In this document: positions 62,285-64,000 of the stretch, piece after piece
Layout of the letters: each line of letters starts with the position of its first letter
Position numbering within the stretch: position 1 is the stretch's first letter
DNA from: Blepharisma stoltei ATCC 30299
Taxonomy: Eukaryota; Protista; Ciliophora
Length of the DNA stretch: 64,000 nucleotides
Direction: 5' to 3'
Assembly (NCBI GenBank): GCA_965603825.1
Contig: CBFDEM010000004.1
Location: forward strand, 124,001 to 188,000
Notes under the pieces: model-generated
The model's input: the letters and a program-made list of their open reading frames with translations, nothing else
What the model was told of the DNA's origin: nothing
Databases searched by the model: none
Translations under genes and position numbers: made by a program

Positions 62285-64000
62285 ATGTTTTCAAATGAAG
62301 ACGAAATTAGCAATTATTCAATTTTCAGTAAAGAATTATGCAAGATTAAAAAAGAAAAATCGATATTAAATTCAATTTTCGAGCTTTACTATAAGCTTTA
62401 TCATTCAAAGCTAATTGAAGAAAAATCTCTTCTTATCCAAAAGGTTGTAGAATCAATTGAAAGTGCAATTTGGTGTAGCCAAATTGCAAGTTTACTATGA
62501 ATTCCTCATCTTCCAATTGCGAATTGAGATAAGAATATGGAAATTTGAGAAATCTTTGGGTATTCAAGACTGGACAACATTTGTTCAGAAATGGACCTCT
62601 CAATTGATTTCCTTTACTTGTCAATTTCAATTACTTTTACACTTTTTTTAAGTATCATCGTTTTAGTTTTTATTATTTATCGCTCCTTCAATATACCAAG
62701 ATTGGTTTTTGATATATTTAAATGAATATTCAATCTATGGATAATTATTATATTTATCCCATCTACGGTAATATATTCCATATTTTTGAAAAACAATATT
62801 TTTGAACAAAAAGTTATATCTGAATACAAGAATAATAATGAGTCTGAGAAATTTGAAATAAGCTTAGCTTGGCAAATTTTGATAATTTTGGCAATGATTA
62901 TTAATTTTTTGATGATTTCGTCTTATGCAGAATTTTCGGGAGAAATAAGGCACTCTGTAAATCAAAAAAACATAAAAGCAAGAGCCCACTCTAAAATTGA
63001 AATGCATAAAGCAATTTTTACGTATTTTTCAGCAATAGTTTATGTATTATTCGATGAAGATAGCATGATATATTTTCAATTGATTGAAATGATTGTTGCG
63101 ATATTTATTACTATAGAAATTATTATACTTTTACCATATTTTTCTTATTATTGCAATTTGATGCTAATTCTTCAATTTTTTACTGTTGCTTTTATTTCTT
63201 TTGGATTTATTTTAGGACATTGAATAGATAATTCGCTTTTTATTATTTTATTTACAATTTTTGTGTGGCCTCCATCTATTCTGCATGCTATACACGTTTC
63301 TTGAAAATACCAAAAAAATTTAAATTGGAAACTCCCTGTAGGTTTGATAGGAATAAAATCTAAATATCAATTAGAAAAAATTTTAAGACATTCAATGTGT
63401 ATAAGCGACAGTGAGCATAAAACTCAAATAATTTATCTGTTTGAAAAGTTTTTTATAGAAAATATCTTACTCAGAGATAAGCTTCAGTCCATTTGAATTT
63501 CAAATTACTGCCTCTATACTTTAAAAGATGAAAATTTGGCAAAAATTAAGTTATGCAAATCTAAAAAGATTCCAGAATGGAATATGGAAACAAATTTTCA
63601 GGAATACTTGTGCGATAAAAATATCAAAAATTCTCCACTCAGCGAAAGCTCGCAATATATAGACTATTTTCAACAATTAATTATGATTAAAAAGAAAGAT
63701 TTTAAGCTCTGCATAAAATTATTGAAATTCTATGAAGAAATAACATCATATAAGCCTGATCTTAAAAGGCTTTCTAAAAGCCTTGACTGGGTAGATAAAA
63801 GAATAAAATTTCTTGATAATCATTATACTGAGTTAACAACACAATATTTTTATTCTAAAGAATTTTTAGACCTTTATGCTTCATTTTCGAAAGACATTAT
63901 CTTTGACTTAGAAAAGTCTAATTTCCTTGAGAGTAAATTAAAATCAGCCGACCTCAATATGTTAGGCTCGTATTCAAAGATCTTGAGCAGTTTTAACGAA
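62285..64000 (+). CDS. TmcB/TmcC-like gene, copy 8 (5' part; runs off the window)
   Basis: ATG at 62285 is in frame with the track ORF at 62786. Family motifs NSIFELYYKLYH, GYSRLDNIC, GEIRHS..KARAHSK and WISNYCLYTLKDE. Appears open to the window end with TGA=Trp. Confidence 0.88.

Noticed and set aside
918-63223. Reading in-frame TGA codons as nonsense mutations or selenocysteine
   Set aside because: They align with TGG or conserved Trp positions across unrelated genes, which fits wholesale UGA=Trp reassignment.
1-64000. tRNA, rRNA or snRNA genes and TIR-bounded IES or MITE elements
   Set aside because: No cloverleaf, rRNA-like tract or convincing terminal inverted repeats seen by eye. tRNAscan-SE, Infernal and MIC read mapping would be needed to exclude them.

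Overview
AT-rich eukaryotic DNA, almost certainly from a heterotrich ciliate of the Blepharisma type. TGA reads as Trp (paralogs swap TGA and TGG at aligned Trp positions), TAA and TAG are both real stops, and genes carry 15-16 nt GT-AG introns. The supplied ORF track therefore fragments nearly every gene. The window is bipartite. (1) A dynamic gene-family zone (1-41 kb and 57-64 kb) holds eight copies of a ~1360-aa multi-TM/PAS receptor-like gene resembling the TmcB/TmcC family: three intact, one open but cut by the window edge, four damaged. It also holds three sugar-porter MFS transporters (one a pseudogene) interleaved with a bacterial-type glucokinase, a triplicated non-coding block, and several non-LTR retrotransposon relics, including a 921-bp insertion with a 15-bp target-site duplication. 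(2) A compact single-copy block (41.4-57.1 kb) holds a small unknown gene, CFAP65, a CEP350-like gene, a Rab GTPase, an arginyl-tRNA-synthetase-like protein lacking its HIGH motif, and an ELMO-domain protein lacking its GAP arginine. The best candidates for undescribed biology are the output-less PAS receptor array, the transporter-glucokinase cluster and the ArgRS-like pseudoenzyme. All family calls come from motif recognition by eye; no database search was run.
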